Source of the DNA: Candidatus Thorarchaeota archaeon | GTDB lineage: Archaea; Asgardarchaeota; Thorarchaeia; Thorarchaeales; Thorarchaeaceae | NCBI GenBank assembly: GCA_011364905.1 | Contig: RDNZ01000033.1 | Location: 1 to 30,887, forward strand | Length of the DNA stretch: 30,887 bases | Direction of reading: 5' to 3' | In this document: positions 16,979 through 26,580 of the stretch, piece by piece | Numbering within the stretch: the stretch's first letter is position 1 | Layout: every line of letters starts with the position of its first letter | The notes under the pieces: generated by a model | Told to the model about the DNA's origin: nothing | Seen by the model: only the letters and a program-made list of their open reading frames with translations | Database searches by the model: none | Program-made: the position numbers and the translations under genes

Positions 16979-17047
16979 CTCAAATCACCTGTCCAAGATA
17001 CTCCTGCTTCCAGAAAAGAGCATGCACTTCTGTCTTCCGTCGTGGTG

Positions 17048-18853
17048 TCATTTTATGGGACGCATGACTTTTGACTGGGCAATCAGGGTTCGAATCCGCT
17101 TCTCTTTGTCTAGCAATGCTTCCTCGTGTTCTTGGAGGATTAGTAACGCTCCAATGTGATTTCCTGTATTGAGTGCCCGAACCAATGACATGATCGCCAG
17201 CATGACTTCATCTTGCGTGTTTACTGCAATCTCATCCATCATCTTAATAGTGTCGTTGATTGGCCCGCGTTTGTCCGGGTGATGAATGAAGCGTGTTTCA
17301 AACACTGTAAAGAGATCCTCGAATGCCTCCTTGAGCTCGTTTGCTTCTCTGAATCCCTCCGCGGATTTCGATAGCAAATCAATCGCTTTTTCAATCATAT
17401 CTGAAGAGTTTGTCAGAAGCGCTTCGCATCCTGCTGTGCGGACCCAAATTGTCGCTAGTTCCGGGACACCAAGTTCTTGATAATACTCAGCTGCATTCTC
17501 TGCTTTTTTGCTTGCCATTCTATGAAACGATTCATACCTCTCTGTTTCGCCAAGTTTCATAGCACATTCCGCAGCTTTGCCGTAGAGTTTGGACGCGCCT
17601 TCAGGGTCTTCTGATGTTGATGACTCCTCTGCAAGTTCAACATAAAGCTGTAGCGCATTCTCAAGATGCTTCCTAGCATCTGTTGCATTCCCCGATTCAT
17701 CTAGGACTTCAGCTGCCTCCTCAAGAGATAGAGCTTGCAGTTCTTTGTTAGTATCTTCTTGTTCCTTTGCGGCTTGTTGAAGATAATGGTCAATCACCTT
17801 TTTGTAAATCTCGTCTGCTTCATCGGTCTGTCCCCAATTCTTTAGACACATTGCTTGGAATCTAAGATATCTTTTCTCAGACTCGATATCATTCTGGGTC
17901 TTTGCCTTCTCTGCGAGTTCACCAAAAAGCTCGTTTGCTCTCTTGAAAGCCCACTTCGCTTTCATTGGTCGACCAATCTCATCGAACATATTGCCACCCT
18001 TCACAAGCAGCGGCGCAACTGCTTCAGCTGTACCCTGCATTTTGAGGTATGCCTCAGCAGCTTTCGACATGGCTTGTTTTCTGGCAGATGTCAATCTTTG
18101 CAGTTTGTATGCTTCTTGAGCTGCATCATAGATGTTGCCAGCTTTTTCATAAAGCTCTGCTGCCTCGTATAGATCACCTGCATCCATCATGATTCGCGTC
18201 GCCTCAGGAGACTCACCTTGCGTGTCCATTATTTGTGCTGCTTCTGCAAGGGCATTTCCGGCTGATAGGTAGTCTCCCTTCTGCTTAGCAATTTCTGCCC
18301 AACGTTTTGCTAGCTTTGCAGCGCGATCGTTGATACGCTCACCGAGTTCATCATCTCCTGCGGTATAGTATAGCCTGCTCACCTTTCTAAGAAGACTTAT
18401 CGCTTCCCCATAGTCCTCTTCTACTTCTTTTGTGTCGGCTAAGTTCTCAAGTGCATCAGCAGCTTTGGTGTTTAGTGCGCTTTTTTCATCATCCTTTTCA
18501 ATAAAATCCTGAGCTCGAAAATAGAAATCAGCTGCTTTCTTGTATTCTGTTGCTTCTTCAGCAACCCTCGCGGCAATCTTATTCAGTCGTACAATTTCTT
18601 GATAGATCTCAGGTCCCTGAGGCAGACGTATCAACATCAAGGTGGCACTTTCAAATGCTTTGAAGGCCTCAGATGCTTCATAGAGGTCTCGATACGCAAG
18701 CGCTGCTTCTTCATAGATTTTCGCAGCCTGTTCATACTCCATCTTTGTAGCTAGGCGGTTGGCATAGGCTAGAAGTAGCTTTGCTCCATGCTCCTTGTTG
18801 CCTTCACCTATTGCACTTCTGGCTTCCTTTAGAATATCATCATCAGATGTCAA
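17048..18853 (-). CDS. All-helical TPR/alpha-SNAP-like repeat protein (601 aa)
   Basis: Repeated helical hairpins (YEQAAKIYEEAALAY, YKKAADFYFRA, YEKAGNIYDAAQEAY, ASKLYGKAAECA); Ala/Glu/Lys-rich; no transmembrane or catalytic motif seen. Confidence 0.75.
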   Translation of the reverse strand: MTSDDDILKEARSAIGEGNKEHGAKLLLAYANRLATKMEYEQAAKIYEEAALAYRDLYEASEAFKAFESATLMLIRLPQGPEIYQEIVRLNKIAARVAEEATEYKKAADFYFRAQDFIEKDDEKSALNTKAADALENLADTKEVEEDYGEAISLLRKVSRLYYTAGDDELGERINDRAAKLAKRWAEIAKQKGDYLSAGNALAEAAQIMDTQGESPEATRIMMDAGDLYEAAELYEKAGNIYDAAQEAYKLQRLTSARKQAMSKAAEAYLKMQGTAEAVAPLLVKGGNMFDEIGRPMKAKWAFKRANELFGELAEKAKTQNDIESEKRYLRFQAMCLKNWGQTDEADEIYKKVIDHYLQQAAKEQEDTNKELQALSLEEAAEVLDESGNATDARKHLENALQLYVELAEESSTSEDPEGASKLYGKAAECAMKLGETERYESFHRMASKKAENAAEYYQELGVPELATIWVRTAGCEALLTNSSDMIEKAIDLLSKSAEGFREANELKEAFEDLFTVFETRFIHHPDKRGPINDTIKMMDEIAVNTQDEVMLAIMSLVRALNTGNHIGALLILQEHEEALLDKEKRIRTLIAQSKVMRPIK

Positions 18854-19015
18854 AGTGGAGTCTCCTCGATTCTATCAGATTCATGTAATGTTTCTATCAC
18901 TCGTGAAAATGTGTTCCTCATAATACTTGTCGTGATGATACAATAACCCTCATGTTATTCTCAGAACACTCAAATATCGAAACACCACTATAATGAAATC
19001 GGTAGTTGAACCGGA

Positions 19016-20119
19016 TTGGCCAAGAAAGCACTTCAGCTTGGACTCATAGGGATAGGGAAAGCTGGGCAAAGGCATCTTGCTGCTTTGAAATCCATAAAAG
19101 ATGCAGGTCTTCTAGACATTGAAATCAATGCAATATGCGATGCCGATGAAACTAATCTGAAGCAGACTGCTGCAGAATTCAGTATTCCTGCTTCTTACAG
19201 TAGTCCTACTTCTTTGATAGATGATGCGAATGTTGACATTGTCTATGTTTGCACCCCTGGAGATATGCATGCAAATCTTGTGAAGGAAGTAGCACTTAGC
19301 GGCAAAGCGGTCTACTGTGAGGAACCACTCGCTCGCAGTTGTCCTCAAGCAAGAGAGATGAATGCAGTTGCATTAGACTCAGCAGTTCCAACAAGTGCTG
19401 GCATGATACTTCGATACGATCCATTCTTTGTCTATGCAAAACAACTACTTGGGAAGTACGATTTTGGAAAACCTCTACTTGCCCATATCCGCGAAGACCA
19501 GCAATTCCCTCTAGACAGAGAATCTCTTGAACAAGAGCGGAGTGAAAACTCAATTCCGGGAGGCGGAATTCTCTTACATCAGAGTATTCAGGAAATAGAT
19601 GTACTGACGATGTTCTTTGGCGATGTGGCAACCGTGTATGCTCAGGTTGGATATCTTGGAGGCTACGAGGTCGAGGATCAAGTTTCTATTATTATGAGAC
19701 ATAATGATGGAACAACAAGCACCCTGGACTCGCTTTGGCACCATCTAGACCGTCCTGACGAGCGAAAAGTTGAGTTCTTCTTTGAAAATGGATTCATAGG
19801 AATTACTTTGGAGTCTGGAGACAACCATTTAGATTATCACCTTCGTGGAGAGGGGCCAGTTCGTGTGCATCCTCAAAGCGCAGAAGCCGCATTACTTGAT
19901 GAGCTCGAATTGTCTTCGAACAACTTAGCATTGAGTATTCAAGAATCCATATCTAACACAGGAATCAATAAACAGTTAGCCCTGAGCTACTCATTTTTGA
20001 AAGCAGTCCGCTCTGGGAACACACCTTCCCCTGGTTTTATGGACGCCTTATCAGCTCACAGAATTGTGGATGCTGCCTACGAGTCGTCCAATAACAAGAC
20101 CCCAATTGACATTCTCTAA
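19016..20119 (+). CDS. Gfo/Idh/MocA family oxidoreductase (non-canonical active-site motifs)
   Basis: GLIGIGKAG, DIVYVCTP..H, GKAVYCEEP, LRYDP, GGGILL, AHRIVDAAYES. Confidence 0.85.
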   Translation: MAKKALQLGLIGIGKAGQRHLAALKSIKDAGLLDIEINAICDADETNLKQTAAEFSIPASYSSPTSLIDDANVDIVYVCTPGDMHANLVKEVALSGKAVYCEEPLARSCPQAREMNAVALDSAVPTSAGMILRYDPFFVYAKQLLGKYDFGKPLLAHIREDQQFPLDRESLEQERSENSIPGGGILLHQSIQEIDVLTMFFGDVATVYAQVGYLGGYEVEDQVSIIMRHNDGTTSTLDSLWHHLDRPDERKVEFFFENGFIGITLESGDNHLDYHLRGEGPVRVHPQSAEAALLDELELSSNNLALSIQESISNTGINKQLALSYSFLKAVRSGNTPSPGFMDALSAHRIVDAAYESSNNKTPIDIL

Positions 20120-20173
20120 ACAGCTTTGGACATCCTTAAGTAGTCCTAGATAGACCACAAAACGAGTTCAGCC

Positions 20174-21541
20174 ATGCACGAAATTTCCCTGGACCAAGTT
20201 GACAGCTCAACCTACGATGTACTCATAGCTGGGGGTGGCGCTGGTGGTCTTCTTACTGCATTGGCACTAAGTGCTGAGGGAAAACGAGTCTTAATCCTTG
20301 AGAAGGCTGAGCGTCTCGGCGGAGTATGGCATGGTTATTGGGTGAATGGGTATCGAGTAGATCAGGGACTACATGTCATTTCACGCGTCAATCATGGCGC
20401 GTTTGCAAGACTTCTTAACACGTACTTAACACCCCCACCTGAGTTTGTACTGCACGAGGGATGGCAGTTTCGTGTCGATGAAAAAGTTGGTTCAATTCCA
20501 TCGAGTATCGGAGAAGTGCTGCGTTGGCCTTTAACGGGGTGGAGAGGGCGTCTGGGACTTCTCCGGATAGGTGCAAAGATCAAGACCATGAAACTGGAAG
20601 AGATGAAGAAATACAAAGACATCTCTTTTCTTGAGTTTATGCAGTCGAGAGGTGCAACAAACCAAACCATGCTGGATGTGATGGAAGCCGCAATCTACCT
20701 TGCTGCAGGTGTGCCAATATCTGAGGCTTCTGCGTATGAAGCACTCAGGACTTTAAAGGACACAGACAAAGAGTCATCAAAGCTCGGATCTGTTAAGAGA
20801 CTGCTCTTGGGTTCAAGTGATTATGATGAAGGCTACGTCATTGGTGGCATGGACGAGCTTATCAGAAGAACGATTGACACAATCAATGGCGATTATGTTC
20901 TCAATGCTCCTGTTGAGCAGATTCACGAACAGAATGGTTGTATAGATGGATGCACTGTTGCTGGACATACATTTTCCCACAAGTATGTCGTCAGTAACAT
21001 CCCTCTATGGTCGATGCCAGAAATAATCGATTCTAATAATCCCGAGGTCAATGATTTCTTCAAACAATGGAGTAACATGAAACCAACTCATGGCATTACT
21101 CTCTGGCTTGGCTTGAACAAAGTGATTATTGGTGATAGGAAAAACAGAGTGCTGGTCCATCCTATCCCTAATCGATGGATTGTGTCAATCTCAAGCTTTG
21201 ATTCAAGCTGTGCCCCTGAGGGAAAAGAGCTAGTAGCTGTCGCCATGATGGTGATGCCTGGAAAAAGTAAAGAGGAGATGGTTGAGGTCATGAAGGGGAA
21301 TGGTTTAGAGAAATATCACCCAGGACTCCTCGACCACATTGAGATGGAACACGTACAGATGTCCTATGCAACGCGTGCCGCGCTTATCCCCGGCCAAACG
21401 GACCTCGACAGACCTGGTCCCAGAACTCCCATTAAGGGTCTCTATATAGTAGGCACCGATACTGCAGGATCTGGTGTGGGTCTCCAACAGGCAGCTCAGT
21501 CAGCTGAGGGGGTTGTTTCAGCCCTCAATGCCGATTTTTGA
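20174..21541 (+). CDS. FAD-dependent oxidoreductase, phytoene dehydrogenase-like (COG1233-type)
   Basis: DVLIAGGGAGG, ILEKAERLGG, VDQGLH, GGMDEL, APEGKEL, RTPIKGLYIVG. Confidence 0.85.
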   Translation: MHEISLDQVDSSTYDVLIAGGGAGGLLTALALSAEGKRVLILEKAERLGGVWHGYWVNGYRVDQGLHVISRVNHGAFARLLNTYLTPPPEFVLHEGWQFRVDEKVGSIPSSIGEVLRWPLTGWRGRLGLLRIGAKIKTMKLEEMKKYKDISFLEFMQSRGATNQTMLDVMEAAIYLAAGVPISEASAYEALRTLKDTDKESSKLGSVKRLLLGSSDYDEGYVIGGMDELIRRTIDTINGDYVLNAPVEQIHEQNGCIDGCTVAGHTFSHKYVVSNIPLWSMPEIIDSNNPEVNDFFKQWSNMKPTHGITLWLGLNKVIIGDRKNRVLVHPIPNRWIVSISSFDSSCAPEGKELVAVAMMVMPGKSKEEMVEVMKGNGLEKYHPGLLDHIEMEHVQMSYATRAALIPGQTDLDRPGPRTPIKGLYIVGTDTAGSGVGLQQAAQSAEGVVSALNADF

Positions 21542-21542
21542 C

Positions 21543-22355
21543 TCAGTCACGTTTTGTGGCTTTCAATGAGAACATCAATGGAATCTTGTCTTGATTCTCA
21601 GGAAGGATCCATCTTCCAGGTTCTTTCTCAATCAAGAATGGCATCGCCTTGTAGGTTGTCACAGGAAACTCGTGCAGAAAATCGATTGTTAAGCCAGCGT
21701 CAATGAGGACATTGATTATTCTTGAGATTGGGTGGTTCCATTCAAATGTAGGTATCTTGCCTGTCCTTGCATCTGGATCCGCATACGATCCCTCCTCATC
21801 AAACCGTAGTGGCTCTTTGCCTTGAAAGTAGGGGTATTCCACCCTAAGTTCTGTTACATTCTCTCTATCATCAAAAACATAAGCAAAAGGATGAAACTCC
21901 CGAATGTAGAAAAGTCCCCCCGGATTGAGGAACCGCGAGATTATTCTCGCCCAATCTTTTAGGTTGGGAAGCCAGGTGAGGACACCTCCTGAGGTGAAGA
22001 CCACATCGAACTTGTCATTCAGATTTCGATGAAGGTCATAGATATTGGAGCAAATGAACTTGGCTGGAATATCCGCGGTTTTGCTTAATTCTCTTGCTAA
22101 CTCAATAGCCTCAGGTGCAAAATCAACACCTGTAACCTTAGCTCCGAGCCTTGCCAGTGACAATGTATCCAACCCAAAGTGGCACATGAGGTGGAGCAAC
22201 TTCTTCCCCGAAACGTCTGGGAGTTCCTCGAGCTCAATTGGATCAAGGGTCTGATTTCCATTAAGAAAGCCCTCGACGTTATAGAATTTGGACTGATAGT
22301 GGATTTTAGCTAATTTGTCCCAGAGTTCCTTATTGGCTTTCATGTATTCATCCAT
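21543..22355 (-). CDS. Class I SAM-dependent methyltransferase
   Basis: LLHLMCHFGLDTLS, VTGVDFA, FDVVFTSGGVLTWLPNL, EFHP, EWNH. Start probably ATG 22355. Confidence 0.9.
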   Translation of the reverse strand: MDEYMKANKELWDKLAKIHYQSKFYNVEGFLNGNQTLDPIELEELPDVSGKKLLHLMCHFGLDTLSLARLGAKVTGVDFAPEAIELARELSKTADIPAKFICSNIYDLHRNLNDKFDVVFTSGGVLTWLPNLKDWARIISRFLNPGGLFYIREFHPFAYVFDDRENVTELRVEYPYFQGKEPLRFDEEGSYADPDARTGKIPTFEWNHPISRIINVLIDAGLTIDFLHEFPVTTYKAMPFLIEKEPGRWILPENQDKIPLMFSLKATKRD

Positions 22356-22456
22356 TTTTGCCACATGTGTCAACCCAGTAGTGGTAACGTAAAGGTTATG
22401 TTTGGCCGATGTCGCGCAAGGCTTGACAATGTGGTTTGTTCTCAGGTGTCTAACAA

Positions 22457-23014
22457 ATGAAGATGATTGAAATTCGTTGGCATGGTCGCGGCGGACAAGG
22501 TGGCGTAACCAGTGCTGAGCTCCTTGCTAAAGCCGCCTATATTGATGGGTACAAAGGTGTCCAAGCATTTCCATATTTCGGAGCAGAACGTCGAGGTGCC
22601 CCTGTCAAGGCTTTCACTCGGATTGCTGACCAGGAAATAAACGTGAGGAGCCAGATCTACACCCCTGACATCGTAGCTGTTTTGGATTCATCTATTCTTG
22701 ACTTGACAGATGTGACTGAGGGCCTTATTGAAAATGGCAAAGTCATAATTAACACACCAAAGAAACCCGATGAAATCAGTCTACCAAAAGGACACATCTA
22801 TACTTACGATGGCACCGGTATTGCATTGAAGAACGGATTACTTGTGGGAGGACTTCCAGTCATTAATACAACTATGCTAGGAGCTTTCGCTAAGGCGACT
22901 AGCCTCGTGAAGCTAGATACTGTCCAGAAGGTCATTTGCGAGAAATGGGCTGGAAAGGTTGGCGAACGAAATGCTAAGGGTGCCAAGGAAGCCTATGACA
23001 CCTGTACGGACTAG
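22457..23014 (+). CDS. Pyruvate/2-oxoacid:ferredoxin oxidoreductase gamma subunit
   Basis: EIRWHGRGGQG, AFPYFGAERRGAPV, NTTMLGA. Confidence 0.95.
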   Translation: MKMIEIRWHGRGGQGGVTSAELLAKAAYIDGYKGVQAFPYFGAERRGAPVKAFTRIADQEINVRSQIYTPDIVAVLDSSILDLTDVTEGLIENGKVIINTPKKPDEISLPKGHIYTYDGTGIALKNGLLVGGLPVINTTMLGAFAKATSLVKLDTVQKVICEKWAGKVGERNAKGAKEAYDTCTD

Positions 23015-23017
23015 CAA

Positions 23018-23797
23018 CTATGCGTACATTCTCTCGTAACCACGTTGACCAACACTTGGCTGTTGTCTACGCATTCCATCAACCTGCTGAGCCATTTCTT
23101 CCATTTTCTTTCGGATTTCTGACGCACTCTCTTTTAGCTCTGAAACATCCACATTGACTTTGTAAAGTCGATTAAGTGCTTCAAGTAATTGGACAGCGCC
23201 TTCAGGGTCTGGTACCATTGCTATTGCTGGAGTCAGCAGCGCAAAACCGACCATGTCCCTGCAGAGAGTTTCAGACAGTATAGAACCAGCGATACCAGTG
23301 ATGATTCCCTTTGTCAGGATCTCCATTGATGAATCCTCTTCTAGATCGGCAATTTTTTCCTCTTCTGCGGCAAAAAGCACCTTACGGTCTGAGGGAAGAC
23401 CTTGTACCGGTATTCCATCAAGGATGACTGTTTCTTTTGCTCCCACAGACGCTCCCCAATCCAACAGAGTGGAACTCACATAATAAAGGCCCTCATCAGC
23501 AACTGGTAGTTCGGCTGTGACAACAAGCAAGTTCTTCTCCGTATGGCCATAGATTCTAAATGGGTGTCGAAGCCTTCCATCCAAGAAGACAGCCGCGGAA
23601 GGCATATACTTGGACCTGACATGAGCGACTTCATCCATCTGAAACTTATCAATTAGGGTGTTAGCTGCAATAGTCCCGACAACTCCTGCTGAAGGAAAAC
23701 AGCAAACCATCAAAGGTTCTTTCATCTCTATTTCCTTTGTCTGTACTACTTGAGCCTCCGGAGCTCCAAGTATTTTAACAGCGCAATCTTCGTCCAT
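23018..23797 (-). CDS. PAC2-family proteasome assembly chaperone/activator (PbaA/PbaB-like)
   Basis: FPSAGVVGTIAA, HPFRIY, GIITGIAG, PDPEGA; C-terminus ...ERMYA (HbYX motif). Confidence 0.9.
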   Translation of the reverse strand: MDEDCAVKILGAPEAQVVQTKEIEMKEPLMVCCFPSAGVVGTIAANTLIDKFQMDEVAHVRSKYMPSAAVFLDGRLRHPFRIYGHTEKNLLVVTAELPVADEGLYYVSSTLLDWGASVGAKETVILDGIPVQGLPSDRKVLFAAEEEKIADLEEDSSMEILTKGIITGIAGSILSETLCRDMVGFALLTPAIAMVPDPEGAVQLLEALNRLYKVNVDVSELKESASEIRKKMEEMAQQVDGMRRQQPSVGQRGYERMYA

Positions 23798-23853
23798 TTT
23801 TCCCGAACCTCAATTTGTTATCAATCATGCTTGAATATTAAGCTTGAGTCATG

Positions 23854-25257
23854 TCATTCTGGCTCACAATGCACGAAAACTGACTTAACAGTTTCCAATC
23901 TCTCTAGTATTCTCTTCTCAATTTCATCCGCAATCTCGTGACTTTCCGTGAGTGTCATTTGACCCGGAATTGTGCAGTCCAATAAGACAGAGATTCCGCC
24001 TTTTTCCTCATGAATCTTTATCACTCGACAAGCAACTGGTGGTGATAATTTTGAAACGACTTCTTTCACCAGCTCGACAATCTCAGATGACCTCTCTGTG
24101 ATATCCTTAGATTCATCCTGTTTCATCGTTGTTTCTAGATGAAGGGTCACTTTGTTGATGTTCCCGCCTATTCCTCTTAGGAGGTCCTCAAACCGCTCAG
24201 AAACAGCGTGTGCCTCTTTTAGAGTCAAGTTTGCAGACATTTCAAGGTCTGCAGCTATGTCTATACTCTCTGAAAACTCAAAGACACTAACATTATGGAC
24301 ACTTTGCACCTCTGGCAGCCTTCTGGCAATGACCTGCATTTGTTCATAGATATTCAGATCCGAAAACTGTGAGATATCTCCCTCTGCTGGTTCGATATGT
24401 ACAACGACATCGACTCTTGGAGCTAGTTTGGATAGCCTCTTCTCTATTTCCTCTGCAATGCTGTGTGCTTTAGCCGCAACTATGTTCTCATCTACTGCAA
24501 CAACAATATCTGCGAACAACTCAGGTCCTGAGCGTCTCGCTCTCACTCTTGTGCATTCTACCACGCCGTCAACTTCCAAGACTCTTCGTTCGATGTCATC
24601 CTGAAGCCCGCTTGGCGCACGATCTACTAAGGCGTCGAAGGTGCGTTTGCCCAATCGTGCCGAAACAATGAATATGATAATTGCCACTCCAATAGCTGCA
24701 ATGGGGTCGGCTATGGGAACTCCTGCCGCAACGAATCCAAGACCAAGGAGAACCACCACAGAGCTTAACATGTCTGTTCTGAAGTGGAGCGCATCCGCTT
24801 CAAGTGCTTGACTTCCATGTTTTTCTGCGGTTCTATAGAGTGCTCTACTCTGCAAGTAGGTTACTATAACTCCAATCGCCATTACGGCGATTCCCCATAT
24901 GGATGATTCGGGCCAACTTTGAATCTCAATCCTATGCAAAGCTTCGAGTACAATCCAAACTGATGTTATCCAGAGGATAATGGTTTCCGCAAAAGCTGCA
25001 AAGTTCTCAATCTTGCCATGTCCGTAGAGATGATCAGAGTCAGGAGCTTTTGAAGCCTGTCGTACTGCGATAAGGGTTATTCCTGCAGCCAGAAAATCTA
25101 AACCGCTGTGCAGCCCCTCAGAGAGAATGCCAAGTGAATTGGTGATTAGACCTGTGACTAGTTTTAGGACTGTGAGTAAGGCAGCAGCTAAAACAGATAG
25201 TGCAGCTATTCGCTGAACTTCCTCTCTACCGTGCTTTACCAAGTCCATCTCTGCCAT
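23854..25257 (-). CDS. Cation diffusion facilitator with three tandem C-terminal dimerisation domains
   Basis: EGLHSGLD and ALHFRTD metal sites, YGHGKIE; three AH/SH...VHxE-type C-terminal repeats. Start ATG 25257, not 25419. Confidence 0.9.
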   Translation of the reverse strand: MAEMDLVKHGREEVQRIAALSVLAAALLTVLKLVTGLITNSLGILSEGLHSGLDFLAAGITLIAVRQASKAPDSDHLYGHGKIENFAAFAETIILWITSVWIVLEALHRIEIQSWPESSIWGIAVMAIGVIVTYLQSRALYRTAEKHGSQALEADALHFRTDMLSSVVVLLGLGFVAAGVPIADPIAAIGVAIIIFIVSARLGKRTFDALVDRAPSGLQDDIERRVLEVDGVVECTRVRARRSGPELFADIVVAVDENIVAAKAHSIAEEIEKRLSKLAPRVDVVVHIEPAEGDISQFSDLNIYEQMQVIARRLPEVQSVHNVSVFEFSESIDIAADLEMSANLTLKEAHAVSERFEDLLRGIGGNINKVTLHLETTMKQDESKDITERSSEIVELVKEVVSKLSPPVACRVIKIHEEKGGISVLLDCTIPGQMTLTESHEIADEIEKRILERLETVKSVFVHCEPE

Positions 25258-25395
25258 AGGGATTCGCCACCCCTCGCGAGATATAACGATTCCTAAACGA
25301 GTTGAGACTTGGGGTAATGTTAAATCGTTATCAATTGCTAATTGAGTATGGCGCAACCTTGGGACGGTCTTAGAATATATTTGACATAAGTTCCC

Positions 25396-26580
25396 ATGAC
25401 TCACTATATCTTGGTGCACTCGATGAAATATCGTACGGATGATATTATGCCTCCTCCCATTGTTAAGCTTGCTGAAGCAGCCAAGCGGTTCATCAAGTCA
25501 CCTGGATTCCTGAATCTAGGTCAAGGGCTGCCTGGTCATATTCCGCCTGAGGAATCTCTCCTGACATTAAAAGAGCGAATTTCACATCCTGCAACTCATG
25601 TTTATACTCCTGATGAAGGACTCCTTGAGTTACGAGAAGAACTATCATTGTACTTGCGGCAGGTTTCCGGAATTGACGTGAATCCTCAAAAAGAAATTGT
25701 GATCACTGCTGGAGCAAACAATGCTTTTGCAGGTGCAATTTTTACTCTTGTGAATCCCGGTGAGAATATTATCATGCCTTCGCCTTACTACTTCAACTCG
25801 GTAATGGCCGTCAAGATAGCCGGGGCAAAGGTAAAGGAAGTTCCTGTTGACAAATCGTTTCAGCCACGTGTAGAGGATATTGAGAAAGCTATTGATGCTA
25901 AAACCAAAGCCATTTTCATTATATCCCCCAACAATCCAACGGGTGCAGTCTATGGGCGGGATATAGTTGATGGCATAGTAGACTTATGCATACAGCATGA
26001 CATCATGTTAATCTCCGATGAAACTTATTCCAGAATTGTATTTGATGGTGCAACGCATTACAGTCCTCGATCTCGCCGCGATGCTGAGAGTCATGTGGTG
26101 TCCATTGGCAGCTTTTCGAAGGATTTTGGGATGAGTGGTTGGCGTGTGGGATATATAATCGGTCCAACAGAATTCATCACTGAGTTTCTAAAAGTACAAG
26201 ACACAATCACAATCTGCGCACCAACAGCTGGCCAGATTCTTGCATTGGAGGTGTTGAAAAAGGGCCTAGATGCTGTAGAAATGGAGTTGCAGCGACTAGG
26301 TCATCTTCGTGAGCTTGCTTATCTCAGACTAAGAGAGATTGATGCATTCGAAGAAGTCAATACGAAGGGCACTTTCTACTTATTCCCTCGTGTCAAAGGC
26401 TGTACTGACTCTAAGAAACTTGTTTTAGAAATATTGCAATCAACCGGAACGTTAATCCTTCCTGGTTCAATCTTTGGCTCTGCTGGCGAAAGTCATGTAC
26501 GCATATCCTTTGGTCCTCTGACTCCCGAAGCTGTGGATGAAGCTTTTGACAGATTGTCTGGATTTTTCAAGAATGGTTAG
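25396..26580 (+). CDS. PLP-dependent aminotransferase class I/II
   Basis: LGQGLP, SPNNPTG, SDETY, SFSKDFGMSGWRVG (PLP lysine), HVRISFG. Start could instead be ATG 25423. Confidence 0.93.
   Translation: MTHYILVHSMKYRTDDIMPPPIVKLAEAAKRFIKSPGFLNLGQGLPGHIPPEESLLTLKERISHPATHVYTPDEGLLELREELSLYLRQVSGIDVNPQKEIVITAGANNAFAGAIFTLVNPGENIIMPSPYYFNSVMAVKIAGAKVKEVPVDKSFQPRVEDIEKAIDAKTKAIFIISPNNPTGAVYGRDIVDGIVDLCIQHDIMLISDETYSRIVFDGATHYSPRSRRDAESHVVSIGSFSKDFGMSGWRVGYIIGPTEFITEFLKVQDTITICAPTAGQILALEVLKKGLDAVEMELQRLGHLRELAYLRLREIDAFEEVNTKGTFYLFPRVKGCTDSKKLVLEILQSTGTLILPGSIFGSAGESHVRISFGPLTPEAVDEAFDRLSGFFKNG

Noticed and set aside
25258-25419. N-terminal extension of the CDF ORF
   Set aside because: It crosses the divergent promoter and overlaps the aminotransferase start.
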